The notes beneath the pieces were generated by a model. It saw only the letters and a list, made by a program, of their open reading frames with translations, ran no database searches and was not told the DNA's origin. Position numbers and translations under genes: made by a program. Positions 25,737 through 39,009 of a stretch of 64,000 bases of DNA are shown in pieces (the first letter of the stretch is position 1; the number at the start of each line of letters is the position of its first letter). Source of the DNA: the human T2T-CHM13v2.0 reference genome, Homo sapiens; NCBI GenBank assembly GCA_009914755.4, contig CP086569.2:22464001-22528000 (forward strand), written 5' to 3'.

Positions 25737-26045
25737 GGCCAGGAGTGGTGGTTCACGCCTGTAATCCCAGCACTTTGGGAAGCCAAGGCACACTTTGGGA
25801 GGCCAAGATGGGCAAATAACCTGAGGTCAGAAGTTTGAGACCAGCTTGACCAATAAGGAGCAACCCAATCTCTACTAAAAATAAAAAATTAGCTGGGCAT
25901 GATGGCACCTGCCTGTAATCTCAGCTACTCAGGAGGCTGAGGCAGGAGAATCACTTGAACCCAGGAGGTGGAGGTTGCAGTAAGCTGAGATCATGCAATT
26001 GAACTCCAGCCTGGCAACAGGAACAAAACTGTACCTCAAAAAAAT
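25737..26045 (+). mobile_element. Alu SINE
   Basis: 'ggccaggagtggtggttcacgcctgtaatcccagcactttggga..' to poly-A. Confidence 0.85.
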
Positions 26046-26994
26046 TTTTTTCAACACCATCACTATAAACCAGAAGGCAATGGAGTTATGCTTTGAAAAT
26101 TCTAAAGGAAAATGATTTCTGACATATGTTTCTACTTCCACATAGAAAAAAATTAAACGTACAAGTAGAAAACATACATTTTTTGGACATATGACATCTC
26201 TAACATTGTGTCTCCCTGTGAACCTATTCTCAAGATGCTACTACAGACTTTTTCCTACCAAAAGGAAAAAGTAAACTAAGAAAGAGAAAGACATGGAATG
26301 CCAAAAATAGGAGACATAACGCAAGAGAATAAATTCTTAAAAGTGTGGTGAAGGAAAATCCTAGGATGAGAAAATTGAGTCAGGCCTAGAGGGCAACCAT
26401 TCAAGACTGTTGCAGGGAAACAGCCAACAAGGAAGTATTCTTCAAGGTGAGAGCATTTATAGAACAATTGAAGTGAATAAAAGTCTCGATATGAGATTTT
26501 AAATTTGTAAAGAATTTTCCATTGAGTTAACACAAATTAAAATAAAATTAAGTTGAAGTTGAACAACAAAATTAATAACATAAATATTTCTCAGCTCCCT
26601 ATCATTGATTATCATGATAGAAATTTAAAAGTACTTAGAACTTAATGATATTGAAAATATTACAAATGAAATTTGTGAGTAGCAGGAAAAGTGATATTGC
26701 AATAGGAGTTTATACACTTAAATGTTTCTACAACTTAAAAATTAATGTACTAGGTGTTTACATAAAGAATTAGAAAAGAAACAACAGAATCAATTCTGAA
26801 AAACTAAAGTGCAGGGATGATGATGTAGAGAAAATTAGTAAAACATACAAAGATAATATTTGGTTGTTGGAGAAACATAATAAAAGATGCAAACCTCAGG
26901 CAAGTTAAGAAAAAAAAGGGAGAAAGCACAAATAAAACTAAGAATTAAAAAGATACATAACAATAGATACAGTACAGATTAGGAAGCTAATAAG

Positions 26995-27560
26995 AAAATA
27001 TGGACTATAAATCATGCTGCTATAAAGACACATGCACACATATGTTTATTGCGGCATTATTCACGATAGCAAAGACTTGGAACCAACCCAAATGTCCAAC
27101 AATGATAGACTGGATTAAGAAAATGTGGCACATGTACACCATGGAATACTATGCAGCCAGAAAAAATGATGAGTTCATGTCCTTTGCAGGGACATGGATG
27201 AAATTGGAAATCATCATTCTCAGTCAACTATCGCAAGAACAAAAAACCAAACACTGCATATTCTCACTCATAGGTGGGAATTGAACAATGAGATCACATG
27301 GACACAGGAAGGGGAATATCACACTCTGGGGACTGTTGTGGGGTGGGGGGAGGGGGGAGGGATAGCATTGGGAGATATACCTAATGCTAGATGACAAGTT
27401 AGTGGGTGCAGCGCACCAGCATGGCACATGTATACATATGTAACTAACCTGCACAATGTGCACATGTACCCTAAAACTTAAAGTATAATAATAAAAAATA
27501 AATAAAAATAAATAAAAACTAAAAATAAATAAATTAATTAAATTTAATAAAATATAACAA
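26995..27560 (+). mobile_element. LINE-1 3' end (ORF2 C-terminus + 3'UTR + A-rich tail), 5'-truncated, L1PA-like
   Basis: 'catgctgctataaagacacatgcacacatatgtttattgcggcattattcacgatagcaaagacttggaaccaacccaaatgtccaacaatgatagactggattaagaaaatgtggcacat..' is the canonical primate L1 3' end; ends in A/T-rich tail ~27480-27560. Confidence 0.9.
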
Positions 27561-28383
27561 AAAAGAAAATATGATTAACACTTTGTGCTACGAATCTGAA
27601 AACTTAGATCAATAGATTTTTATAAATATATAGCTAAGAAAAATTGATACAAGAATAAGTATGTAATCTGAATAGTCTCATAAATGTTAAAGGAAATAAA
27701 GGATTATTCCTACAGATAAAACACTAGGCCCAGATTTATTTCCCCAGACAGAGCATTTCAACATATGTAAAGAATTGTATAAAATAAAAAAGGGAAAATC
27801 CTAAACTTATTCTGTGAGGCAAGCAGAACTTTGATACCAATGCCACATAAATTGAGTATACAAAAAGATATTTTTTAAAAAGTCCATTCTCATTCATGAA
27901 ATAAATGGTAAAATCCCAAAAGTGGATTCCTTGAGGGTTAGGATGAAATTTGCTACTGCCAGATCGTGCTATTCTGGGGTAGCTCACACACAAATTGATG
28001 TTTTGAGTTTGTCTGTAATACCCAAGCAATATGGAACTGGCTTGACAATCTGTGTGATGGCCAGCCTGTGGCCATGACTTCTCAGGGACACAATATTTTT
28101 TTCTCTTTTCCTCCTTATTCTGCTCAGCTCCAAGACAACTTTGGCCAAAGTTCCTTGAGCTTGGAAACAGGAATGGGTTTACTTCTGTTTCACCCTTACC
28201 ATGAAGATACTATCCTATGGGATTCCAGATCCATTTGGAGAGAGTTGGCTATTAAACTCTTTTCATAAGTAGGCCCTGGGCCTTGACTACAGTCTTTCTT
28301 GAGATATGAGGCTAAGAGTTCCTTCCTGGCCTGCCAGTTTTTGACATGATTAATGTTCTTTCCATTCAGAATTTTTAATTGTT

Positions 28384-28748
28384 TGGGAGGTGATATAGTT
28401 TCATGTGCCTCCCTTCAAATCACAACTTCAATTGTATGTCCCAGAATTCTCACGTTTTGAGGACGGGACCCAGGGAGAGGTAATTGAATCATGGGGGCTG
28501 GTCTTGCTCGAACTATTCTTGTAATAGTGAATAAGACTCACAGGATCCAATGGGTTTATCAGGGGTTTATGCTTTTGCTTTTTCCTTATTCCCTCTTGCC
28601 ACCACCATGCAAGAAGTGCCTTTATTCCTATGCCATGATTCTGAGGTCTCCCTAGCCATGTGGAACTGTAAGTCCAACTAAACCTCCTTTTCTTCCCAAT
28701 TTCAGATATGTCCTTATGAACAGCATGAAAATGAACTAATACAGGAGG
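28384..28748 (+). mobile_element. MaLR solitary LTR (THE1/MST-like), diverged
   Basis: 'ggtgatatagtttcatgtgcctcc..ttcaattgtatgtcccagaattctcacgttttgaggacgggacccagggagaggtaattgaatcatggggg..ccatgtggaactgtaagtccaactaaacctcc..' parallels the THE1B consensus from memory. Confidence 0.65.
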
Positions 28749-28780
28749 ATTGGTCCAAATAACTTGAGCTTCCAATATAG

Positions 28781-29162
<382 letters not shown>

Positions 29163-29204
29163 GACTCCAATATTTTTACCTAAATGCTGTTGCCTTATTT
29201 TATT

Positions 29205-29502
29205 TTATTTATTTTATTTTATGAGAAAGGTTCTCACTCTGTCATGCAGTTTGGAGTGCAGTGATGAGATCTGGGCTTACTGCAACTTCTGTCTCCCAGG
29301 TTCAGGCAGTTCTCCTGCCTCAGCCTCCTAAGTAACTGGGACTACAGGAAAGTGCCACTAGACCTGGCTAATTTTTGCATTTTTCATAGAGATATGTTTG
29401 CCATGTTGCCCAGGCTGGTCTTGAACTCCTGACCACAAGTGACCTGCCCACCTTCGCCTCCCAAAGTGTGGAAATTACAGCCATGAGCCACCACGTCTGG
29501 CT
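29205..29502 (-). mobile_element. Alu SINE (antisense)
   Basis: 'gttctcactctgtcatgcagtttggagtgcagtgatgagatc..' to '..gccatgagccaccacgtctggc'. Confidence 0.8.
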
Positions 29503-32500
29503 TGGAATTGCCATTTTTTGACATAGAAAATCTCTGGAGGTAAAAGTTTGGTTTATGGGAGCACCTGAGCTCAGTTTGGCCCATAAGTTTGGGATACCTA
29601 TTATTTACTGGCAGTGATGGCATGTTGTTAATGTACAATATGTTCATGCACATAGCATATGTATGTGCTCATCAGATATTTTCAGGTGAAAAATAGTCAG
29701 TCCCATAGTTTGAGCCATTATAACAATTTCTACCCAGGGATTTCACAGTCAGATTCCAGTTCTGGGTAACAGTGATTAACATAATGGTTATTAATGAGAA
29801 GAGATTTTGAGATGTCCAGCCATGTTTAGATGTCAGTGCCTTGAAGGGATGGGTTTGGCATATTAATAAGAAAGAGGGCATTGGACTGCATACTAAGAAA
29901 CATAATGAATTGTTTTTCTTGTCCTCTATAACATGAAAGGTCAATTAGAGATATAGAAACAATTGAATATTTCACAGCATGGCTTGACATTTCACTGAAC
30001 TTTTATCCTTTTAACCATGTACAAAGTTTATTAAATATGCAAAGGTAGGACTGCTACAGTAAGAAAGAGGAGGAGTCAGAGGTCACAATCCACAGCAAGG
30101 TGACTGTCTCTTGTGGATGGCGCCCTGAGAGATGAATTCGAGTGAGCATCAAGTTTCAGATTGCCAACAAGGATCAAGGAGAATGAAGCTATCAACAGTC
30201 AACATTACTGGATTAATTGAAATAAATATTGACAGAGATTTTGTTGGCTTTCCAGCAAATTGAGTACAGATAAGGTAACCACTTATCAAATTTCACACCT
30301 ATGAAATTACATAAATTTATATGTACATATGCAAATTCACAGTGTGCAAATATGTGTCTATATCTAAAGATATACAAATCCATTGACCAACAGAAAGTTA
30401 GAAATTATTCTCCCATTTTACCATTCCCTTTCCAGGAATTTTGTCACAAGTACAGTTTTTCTATATGTTTGAAGCCTACTCCCTGGAGGCATGAAATATA
30501 TGGATACAGTAAAGCTATGAGATATCATAGTGTTTCTATCAGAGAAAAAAATAACACTGGTGTTACAAAAGATCCATTGTGAGGAGAAAGTTACACTTCA
30601 CATTACAACAAATACAGAAGTACGATTTCATCAAAGGCTGAAATCAGTCAATAAAATTTGTATTTAATGCTTTATTTAAAATACTTAATTTCAAAAGTAT
30701 TACCTAAATAGAATAAGGGTATTGGTAATAAATAATTTTGAAGAATTCCCTTTAATATGTTGATTATTTAACATGTAACTAAAATACTAAAAGTTACTGT
30801 ACAATGTAGTTTCATGAAGCATTCTTTATGGTTTTCATAAAATTAATAGTCAACGGAGTATTTTGAGACTGAGGAAGTTCCATATATTATTGTATTGCAC
30901 TTTCACTTTATTAATTGCTTTCATGTTGTAACTGATGGAATTAAAAATATTTATACTTACACATATACAAATGTTGTATTTTTGTTCATGTTTTCTAGTG
31001 AGATAAAGTTGCCAATAATTTTATCAATATAGGAAAATTTTTATAAGATCAAAGTTCTTAACTTTCTTTTCTTTTGAAATTTTATATTTCAGTCTAGATA
31101 TGAGATGGAATTGGCTGTGATCATTCTTTGATTTCACTATGATTACTGAGTTTCTGATACAGTGTTGGGAACTTATAGACTTTAAATCTTGCTTTCTTCT
31201 TCTTCATCTCCTATTGGAACTGTATATGTGATTTCTGCAGTAATGGGCATTGTTATCTGACGTATGGTTGCTGAAAGATACAAACAGAAATGGAATTCTT
31301 AGTTTCAGTGAATCTTTAGGAACAGACAAGTAAAAGTGAAGGATGATTATTGTATGAATGTTAGTAAACTGTTTATCACAGAGTTACAATAAGGGTGAAA
31401 ATAAATTTAAAAATACATACCTCATCCAAAACATGAGGTAGTAAAAATAAAAAAATTAATTTGACAGAAAGAACAGTTTAAAAGTTGTGATTATTTCTGG
31501 TGAGAGCAAGTAGCTCAGAAACTATGAGGAAGTCCTGCAAAGCTACATGATGGATTTGCAAGTGAGGATGGGGAGCCTGGTTCTGGGGGAGGGTTCCAAG
31601 TCCTGGTCAGGTTGAGGTCCTCCTGGGGCTCAGGGATGTCTCAGCGGGAAAGCCGGGAAGGGGAAAATGCATGCTTCACCCCAGCTAGCAGGCCACCTCA
31701 ACCCACCTAGATGAAATTGTCCATTGACTGTCCTCTTTCTCCTTCTTGGATAGGCAGGTGGAGGAACTCAGCCACCCTGAGTACAAGTGGCAAGAAGAAG
31801 TTTGCCTTTCATCACAACATTTACTTCCACAATGAAGTGATCATTAAGGAGTATTGCATTGGAATTCTCAATAAGGAGTGCCTCCCGGCATGGTAGAGGG
31901 GATGGTATGTGGGAAGCTAGGCCTGGCATGAGCCTTCCTGACTCCTTCCCCTCCAGGATACAGGGTGACTACCTCCACTACAGTCCGGTTGTTCTAGGGT
32001 CATGCAAGTGAAGGCCTCAGTTTCAGGCAGGACACAACCTAAGTGAGCTTCTTCAGCTGGTTGACTGATGGTGATTGACCAGGGTATGGCAGGATTGCTG
32101 AAGTGGGGCAGCTGTGGGACATCATAGGTAAGGAGCTGGTCATTCCTTGGCATCAGAGGAATTGGCTTTGAACCAGAACCTAACCTGTCACGACTACTTT
32201 GCCCAGTCCCCCAGATCATCAGCCAGGGCCCGTGGCTCAATCTCATGCAGCACTACCCAAGGGAGTTAGGCCCTCAGAGAGGGAACAGAGAAGAGGCCAG
32301 GGAAGCAGCCCAGGGCTGGGGGATGAGAGGCCTGTGGGTCCTGGAGCCAGGATACATAGCGAAGCCAAGGCTCAAGGAGGAGACTGAGGTAAGTAAACTC
32401 AGGCTATTCATCGCTCAGGGGGAAAGGCCCATCAGGGAACTGTAGCACCCACATTTCAGTATTGGGGAACCCTAAGCTACTTAAGAGGTGTAAGTAACTA

Positions 32501-32989
32501 AGGTCAATGGGAGAGAAGTCAGGCCCAGGGTGCTCTCACCCTCCACACAAATGCCAACCTGAGGCCCTTCTAGGTCTACATCTTCCCAGAATGGCTCTCC
32601 CAGACCTGTCAAATTCTGTGTCAATGACTCCTGACATGCTGTTTCCCCTCTGCCATCCAGACGACACAGGTTTCACAGGGGAAGAAATGTGAAGAGATGG
32701 CAAAATGGAAGGGGACCTTCTGTGTGTGTTCAGGAAGGCAATCTGGCTGGACATTAGGACCCACCTAAGTATTAGTGAGGACACCAAATGTCTCTCAGAC
32801 CTGAGCATGTGCACACAAAAACATATTGTCTAAATGGCATTGACATCAATACTACCTAAGTGATCTACAGATTCTGTACAACCCCTGTAAATGTATCAGT
32901 GACCCACTTTTCATAGAAAAACCATCTGAGAATCCTAAATTTGCTATGAAATGGTAGAAGATCCTGAGACCCAGAACAATCCAGTAAAA

Positions 32990-33730
32990 AGCACAAAGCT
33001 GGAGGCTTCATACTACCTAACTTCACAATATGCTACAAAGTTTTATGCACCAAAATAGAACAGCACTGGCCGACAAGCAGAGACATGAGCTAATGAAAAA
33101 CAATCTGGTCCCAGAACTAAGTCACCGCATTTGCAGCTCATGACCTTATCCCAAAAAAGCAAGAATGCACAATGCAAAATCAGGTATCTGCTATAAACTA
33201 GGTTGGGGAAAACCTGAATATCCACATAAAGGATTTTAAGAGTAGATTATGTCTCACAGAACTCCAATGTCAGACAAGAAACGACAAAAATACCAGAAGA
33301 AATCGCAAGGAAGAAGCTCCATGACATCGGTGTGGGCAATGGTGGTCTCAAAGTGACTGCAAGAGCACAGTAAACACCTTCAAAAATAGATAATCGGGTT
33401 ATGTCAAGCTAAGGTGCTTCAGTACACCACAGGAAACTGAAGAGAGGGAAGGGACATCCTACAAGATGGGTGAAATTATTGAATCACCATACATCTGTTA
33501 ATGGGTGAATATTTACAGCACATAAGGAACTCCAACAACTCAATAGCATGAAAACAAATGAGCTAAGGGTATGAATACTCATTTGTGAAACTAAGACATA
33601 CAGTTGCCCAGAAGACACAGTAAAAAGCACCCATCATCAGTAATACAACAGGAAAATGCAAATCAAAACCACAATGAGATTTCATCTCACTTCAATCAGA
33701 ATGCCTACATGAGTATATAATAAAAAACCC
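32990..33730 (+). mobile_element. LINE-1 ORF2 internal fragment (old L1M/L1P-like)
   Basis: 'ctggaggcttcatactacctaacttcacaatatgctacaaag..accaaaatagaacagcactgg..' and '..atgcaaatcaaaaccacaatgagatttcatctcac..' parallel the L1 ORF2 3' region. Confidence 0.7.
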
Positions 33731-35309
33731 AAAGTTTTCACTTACCCTTTTTAATAGCTCTCCCAGGGGGCACATAACTGAGAAGTCATAGTGTAAACCT
33801 TCATGATTTTTCTTTAAATATACATTGACATATTCATACAAATATGCATGAATACCTAAAATATATTGCCATGAAAATAAGAACATTTTATGAGATCCAA
33901 AATTCTGGAGGACTAAGCAGGGAGAAAAAAGATACATGTGTTCATGAAAGGAGTCAAACTCTGCAAAATATTTAAAGAGATTTTTTCTGAGCCAAATATG
34001 GGTGACCAATGACCCATAACACAACCCTTCTCAGAAGATCCTCAGAACATGTGCCCAAGATGGTCTGGGAACAGCCTAGTTTTCTGCATTTTAGGGAGAC
34101 ACGAGATATCAATCAAATACATGTAAGATGTACATTTGTTTGGTCCAGAAAGGTGGGACAACTTGAAGTGAGTGGTGGTGCGGGGCTGGGCTTTCAAGTT
34201 ATAGGTATATTTAAATACGTTCTGATTGGCAGTTGGTTGAAAGAGTTATTTTCTGTAGACATAGAAACAATGGATAGGAATGACTGGGTTGCAATAAATA
34301 ATAGGGAGCATAGAGACAAAGTTTATCAAGATGAGGAAGACTCCATGTGGCAGACTTAAAAGAGAATAGGTGGTAAATATTTCTTGTCAAACTTAAGGTC
34401 TGTGTTGATGTTAATGATGGTCAACTTTCCCTAAATTTCAAAAAGGTGGAGTGTATAATGAAGCATGTCTATCCTTCTTTCCTCTCAGGACCTGAACCAA
34501 TTTTAAAAGGCCCTTGGCCAAAAGGAGGGGTCCATTCAGATCCCTGTGGTGGGCAGGTTTGAGGGGAAACTTAAAATTTTATATTTGATTTGTAAGTCTT
34601 TCATTTCTGTCTACAAAAATGTACGCTATTAAACAGTTAGCCTAAGAGAAAAAATGGGGATTCTTGAACACAGAAAAATAGAATATTACAGAACCAACAA
34701 TTTGCCAAACCAAAAACAAAAGCTATAAAATAATCATTCTTCATCAGTTCATTAAATACTATGTAATTGATTCCAGTCTTGCTTGATTTTGTATTAGCAG
34801 TTCCATGAGACCATCAGTTTCTCCACTAGAGTTCTGGATATCATTACTCAGTCCCATAGTATAAACATAAAATTATTGAAACTTTGACATCAGATGCTTG
34901 TGCCCAGAGGACGCATTACAGTTGTTTCCATCGGTATCAGAGGCAGTGCCTTGTTGGAGACAAACATTCTGATCTCTAGCCAGTGCAGATGCAAAAGGAA
35001 AAGCATGATATTGAAATAATAACTACCTGTAAATTAGAAAAGGTGCAAAATGGCCATGGTTAAAAATCTAATGACATTCATTATGTTACAATTAGCAAGA
35101 AAATTTGTTTTCTTCTGTGGCAAACAACATTTAAAATAATGACTAGAATTATGACTCAAGATATTATCCTGGGACATATAATAGATAGGTCATTCACAAA
35201 TTTCCAGGAATTCCATGCAGCTTCCAAAACAAATAACATTTTACCCAAATATATTTACCAAAATATAACCTAGGGAATATTAATCATATTTTCTTATTTG
35301 TATATTGTG

Positions 35310-35900
35310 TATACTGCTCATTTGAAACTGTGCCAAGACCAGCTTAGCTGGGGAGACCCTAACCCGGTGGCACTACAGGAAATAAAGACACACACACAGA
35401 AATCTAGAGGTGTGAAGCAGGAAATCAAGGGTCTCACAGCATTCAGAGCTGAGAGCCTCGAACAGAGATTTACCCACATATTTATTAACAGTAAGCCAGT
35501 CATTGGCATTGTTTCTATAGATATCAAATTAACTAAAAGTATCCCTTATAGGAAATGAAGGGATGGGCTGAATTAAAGGAATAGGTTGGGCTAGTTAATG
35601 GCAGCAGGAGCATATCCTTAAGGCACAGATCAGTCATGTTATTGTTTGTGGCTTAAGAATGCCTTTAAGTGGTTTTCCACCCTCAGCAGGCCAGGTATTC
35701 CCTGCCCTCATTTCTGTAAACCCATAACCTTCCAGCATGGGCTTTATGGCCATCATGCAAATGTCACAGTGCTGCAGAGATTTTGTTTATGACCAGTTTG
35801 GGGCCAGTTTATGGCCAGATTTGGGGGGCCTGTTCCCAACATGCCCCCTTCTTTGATTTTCAAATTGATAAAAGCAAAGTCAGCTTTGTCATGGTGAGCT
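35310..35900 (-). mobile_element. probable 3' LTR of the minus-strand HERV-K-like element
   Basis: non-coding segment immediately downstream (lower coordinates) of the env stop at 35915; boundaries and LTR family not verified. Confidence 0.35.
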
Positions 35901-35914
35901 ACTTCTTGCAGAAG

Positions 35915-36524
35915 TCAGAATCCACATCTGCAGACTATATACAGAAAAACAACATAGATTAAAAGCACAATCATCATTAAAATCACAGAGCTTCCCAGTG
36001 TTTTTATCCATTTTAATGGGTTACTAGCTGCGAATCTGTCTGCAGCTCCTTTAAGCACTCCAGATCCTGGCATTAAGGTCAGGTGTGCCTGGGATGTTTT
36101 AAATATTTGTACTTTTAATTTTGCAATATCCAAAAACAAGTTTGTAGAATGTCCTTTTAGATACTATTTTTATGGTTTCCCAAATCTTGATCTTATTAAG
36201 AGCTACTAATAGTTTCTGTAAATCCTTATGTTTAGCTTCTACAATGGGCCATGTCATTTGAGGTTGAGGTACCACTATACTACCATGGTTCCAGATAATA
36301 GGAACTCTTGCAGTACGTCTTATCATTTCTACCATCTGATCATTTTGTTCAGACAAGCTGAACATAGTGTAGCCATGGCACACAGACTGAGAGGTGCAAT
36401 TCAAGCTAAACATCTCCTTAGGGGACCAATCAATCATGATTCCATAGGAATCATTGTGCAGCACCTCTGCCTCTTCTGCAAAGCAATCTTCGTAAACAAG
36501 TAGGTTCATTATTTTTGGCCACAT
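35915..36524 (-). pseudogene. retroviral env remnant (SU C-terminal part fused to TM C-terminus; TM ectodomain deleted)
   Basis: ORF 36099-36524 'VLHNDSYGIMIDWSPKEMFSLNCTSQSVC..VSKR' (SU, furin-like site). ORF 35915-36139 'LDIAKLKVQIFKTSQAHLTLMPGSG..IVLLIYVVFLYIVCRC' (TM membrane anchor). Both resemble HERV-K env. Confidence 0.7.
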
Positions 36525-37004
36525 TCTGTTTTATTTACAAATAGGTTTTTGAAGGTGGTATGCCTCAATTATAGGAGCAGATTTATTATGGTAAATACTG
36601 AGATCAGAAAGCATGTGCTACCGTGTCATAGAGTGATTATATTCAGGCATAAGTACCAGCCAGGATTGATAAATATGCCCAATAAGAATAATTGTTCTCT
36701 GTCTCAACCCTTGTTGAAGGAATACTCATGGCAGTGGTGATAACTGCTATCATAGCTACCATTAAATTACTTGTTGTGACTGGTTGTCCCGCTTTCCTCA
36801 GGTTTTCTTCTGCCATCAGTGACAGCTTCTTGATCTGTCCCCAGGTGGTTGACTGTGTTCAATGGGTGTTGCTCATGACAGTTGGGGTCCTCCTCAGCAT
36901 CAACCTCAATATGGCTGCAACTGAGGGGTCCTCAGGATCCTCCCAGAGTCTGGTTCATGATAGGGATTCAGGTGTCTTGATGGTGTCCTAATCGGCTGTT
37001 GATT

Positions 37005-37595
37005 TTAGTCTGGAAAAACACAAGCATAACCTCTACCCCAAGTTATTATTTTACCTATTTCCCAACTTCTTATTTTTGGATCTCTCCACCCAATCAGTTG
37101 TTCCACTTCTGTCTTTGCAACCAGTTTCTGTAGATGATGTTCAGCTGCTGATAACATCTGGCCTTTGGGCAGGCTCAAAAATTTTAAAGTTAATAATGCT
37201 AGATTTTGTTGCATCTGTGGGGTTCCATATTCTCTATTTCCCCCTTTCTGCCTTTGCAACTGCTGTTTTAGGGAAAGATTTATTCTTTCCACTATGGCTA
37301 GTCCTTGATAATTGTATGGGATACCAGTAATGTGCTTAATATTCCACATAGAGAAAAATGTAGCTAGGGTTTGGATAGCATAGCCTGGGGCATTATCTGT
37401 TTTAGTAGAAGCTGGAATGCCCATCACCACAAAACACTGCAAAAGGTGATGTTTAACACAGGCAGAAGATTCACCTGATTTGCACATAGCCGAGAAAAAG
37501 TGAGAAAATGTGTACACACATACATGTACATAAGCTAGTCTCCCAAACGAGGGTGTATGTGTGACATCCATTTGCCAAAGACAGTTAGGTTCCAA
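37005..37595 (-). pseudogene. retroviral integrase ORF (HERV-K-like), 196 aa
   Basis: DDE core and 'LWQMDVTH' motif typical of HERV-K integrase. Confidence 0.8.
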
Positions 37596-38451
37596 TCCTC
37601 AAGGATTAACTCCTGTAAAAGATAAGGAATGTACCAATTGGCAAGTTGGGCATTGCTGGATAATAGTTTTAGCTTATTTCCAGGTAATGCTGTATCTGTG
37701 TTTGAGACCAGAGGCATTAACATGGGTTAAACTGTGAAAGTGTCTAGCATTTGAGACTGGAGGCATTAACATGGGTTAAATTGTGAAAGTGTCTAGCATT
37801 AGATATTGCATTAGCAACTAGGTGGTCAGCCTTTTGATTCCCTTCAGTTAAAGGTCCTTTAAGAGGTATATGAGCCCTAATGTGAGTGATGTAAAAAGGG
37901 TGTATTCTACTTCTAACTGTTGTTTGCAATTGGGTAAATAAAGTCATCGGTTCTTTATCTGTATGAAATCATAACTAAGCATTTTCAATTAACTGTGTGG
38001 AATGAACCATGTATGAAGAATGAGAAATCACATTAATAGGCATTTCAAAAGCAGTAAATATCTCAATTACAGCTATAAGCTCTGCTTTTTGAGCTGAAGT
38101 ATAGGACATCTGCAAATTTTGCTTTTTGAGCTAGAATAAGAAGCTTTACCATACTAGACCCATCTGTAAAACAATGAAAACACTTTGCAGTATACAGGTT
38201 GTTTACCACAGGAATTGTAAATGCAAACCGTTCACAGTCTTGCTCAGCTAAAGGGATAGAAAAGAAACAGTCTTTTCAATCTGGACTATTGAAGGCCAAT
38301 CTTTTGGAATTATAGCAGGAGAAGGCAATCCTTGCTGTAATGCTCCCATAGGTTGTATAACTGAGTTGATGGGTCTTATGTCAGTTAACATTCTCCATTT
38401 ACCTGATTTTTTCCTAATTATGAAAACTAGAGAATTCCAAGGGGAAAAAGT

Positions 38452-39009
38452 TCAAGCTATGTGCCCATTTTCTAATTGTTCAGTAACTAATTTCTCTAAA
38501 GCCTCCAGTTTCTCTTTATTTAGCAGCCATTGTTCTATCCAAATTTGCTTGTCTCTTAACCACTTTAAAGGTATAGCTTCTGGAGGCTTAACAATGGCCA
38601 CCATCAAAAATGGTATCCTAAACTTTAGCGAGAACTTTGCCTTTCCGCTTGAAGCAGTTTTTTCAAAACTTCCGTTTTTTTTTTTTTCTACTCTCTTACC
38701 AGGGGCATATCCCATTTCATGCATTGCATGTTGACTTTCAGGGCTATATAATTGTTCTGAAATTAGAACTTGTGGTCCCCATTGTTGTAATAAATCTCTT
38801 CCCCATAAATTTATAGGTACAGAAGTTATAATTGGTTGAACAGTCCCAGGTTGTCCACTGGGCCCTTCACAATGTAAAATAGAGCTACTTTGATATACTT
38901 CAGGGGCTTTACCAACTCCAATTATGTTAAATTGAGCTGGTTGAATTGGCAGTCCAGACAGCCAGTGCTGTAGAGAAATGACTGAAATGTCCACTACTGT
39001 ATCTACCAA
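38452..39009 (-). pseudogene. retroviral aspartic protease C-terminal part + RT N-terminus ORF, 185 aa
   Basis: 'GLVD|TVVD' (degenerate DTGAD), 'NLWGRDLLQQWG', RT start 'KLEALEKLV..QLENGHI'. Confidence 0.75.

Noticed and set aside
33692-34024. 110-aa minus-strand ORF
   Set aside because: It overlaps the 3' edge of an L1 ORF2 fragment and AT-rich unique sequence. No similarity recognised; likely spurious.
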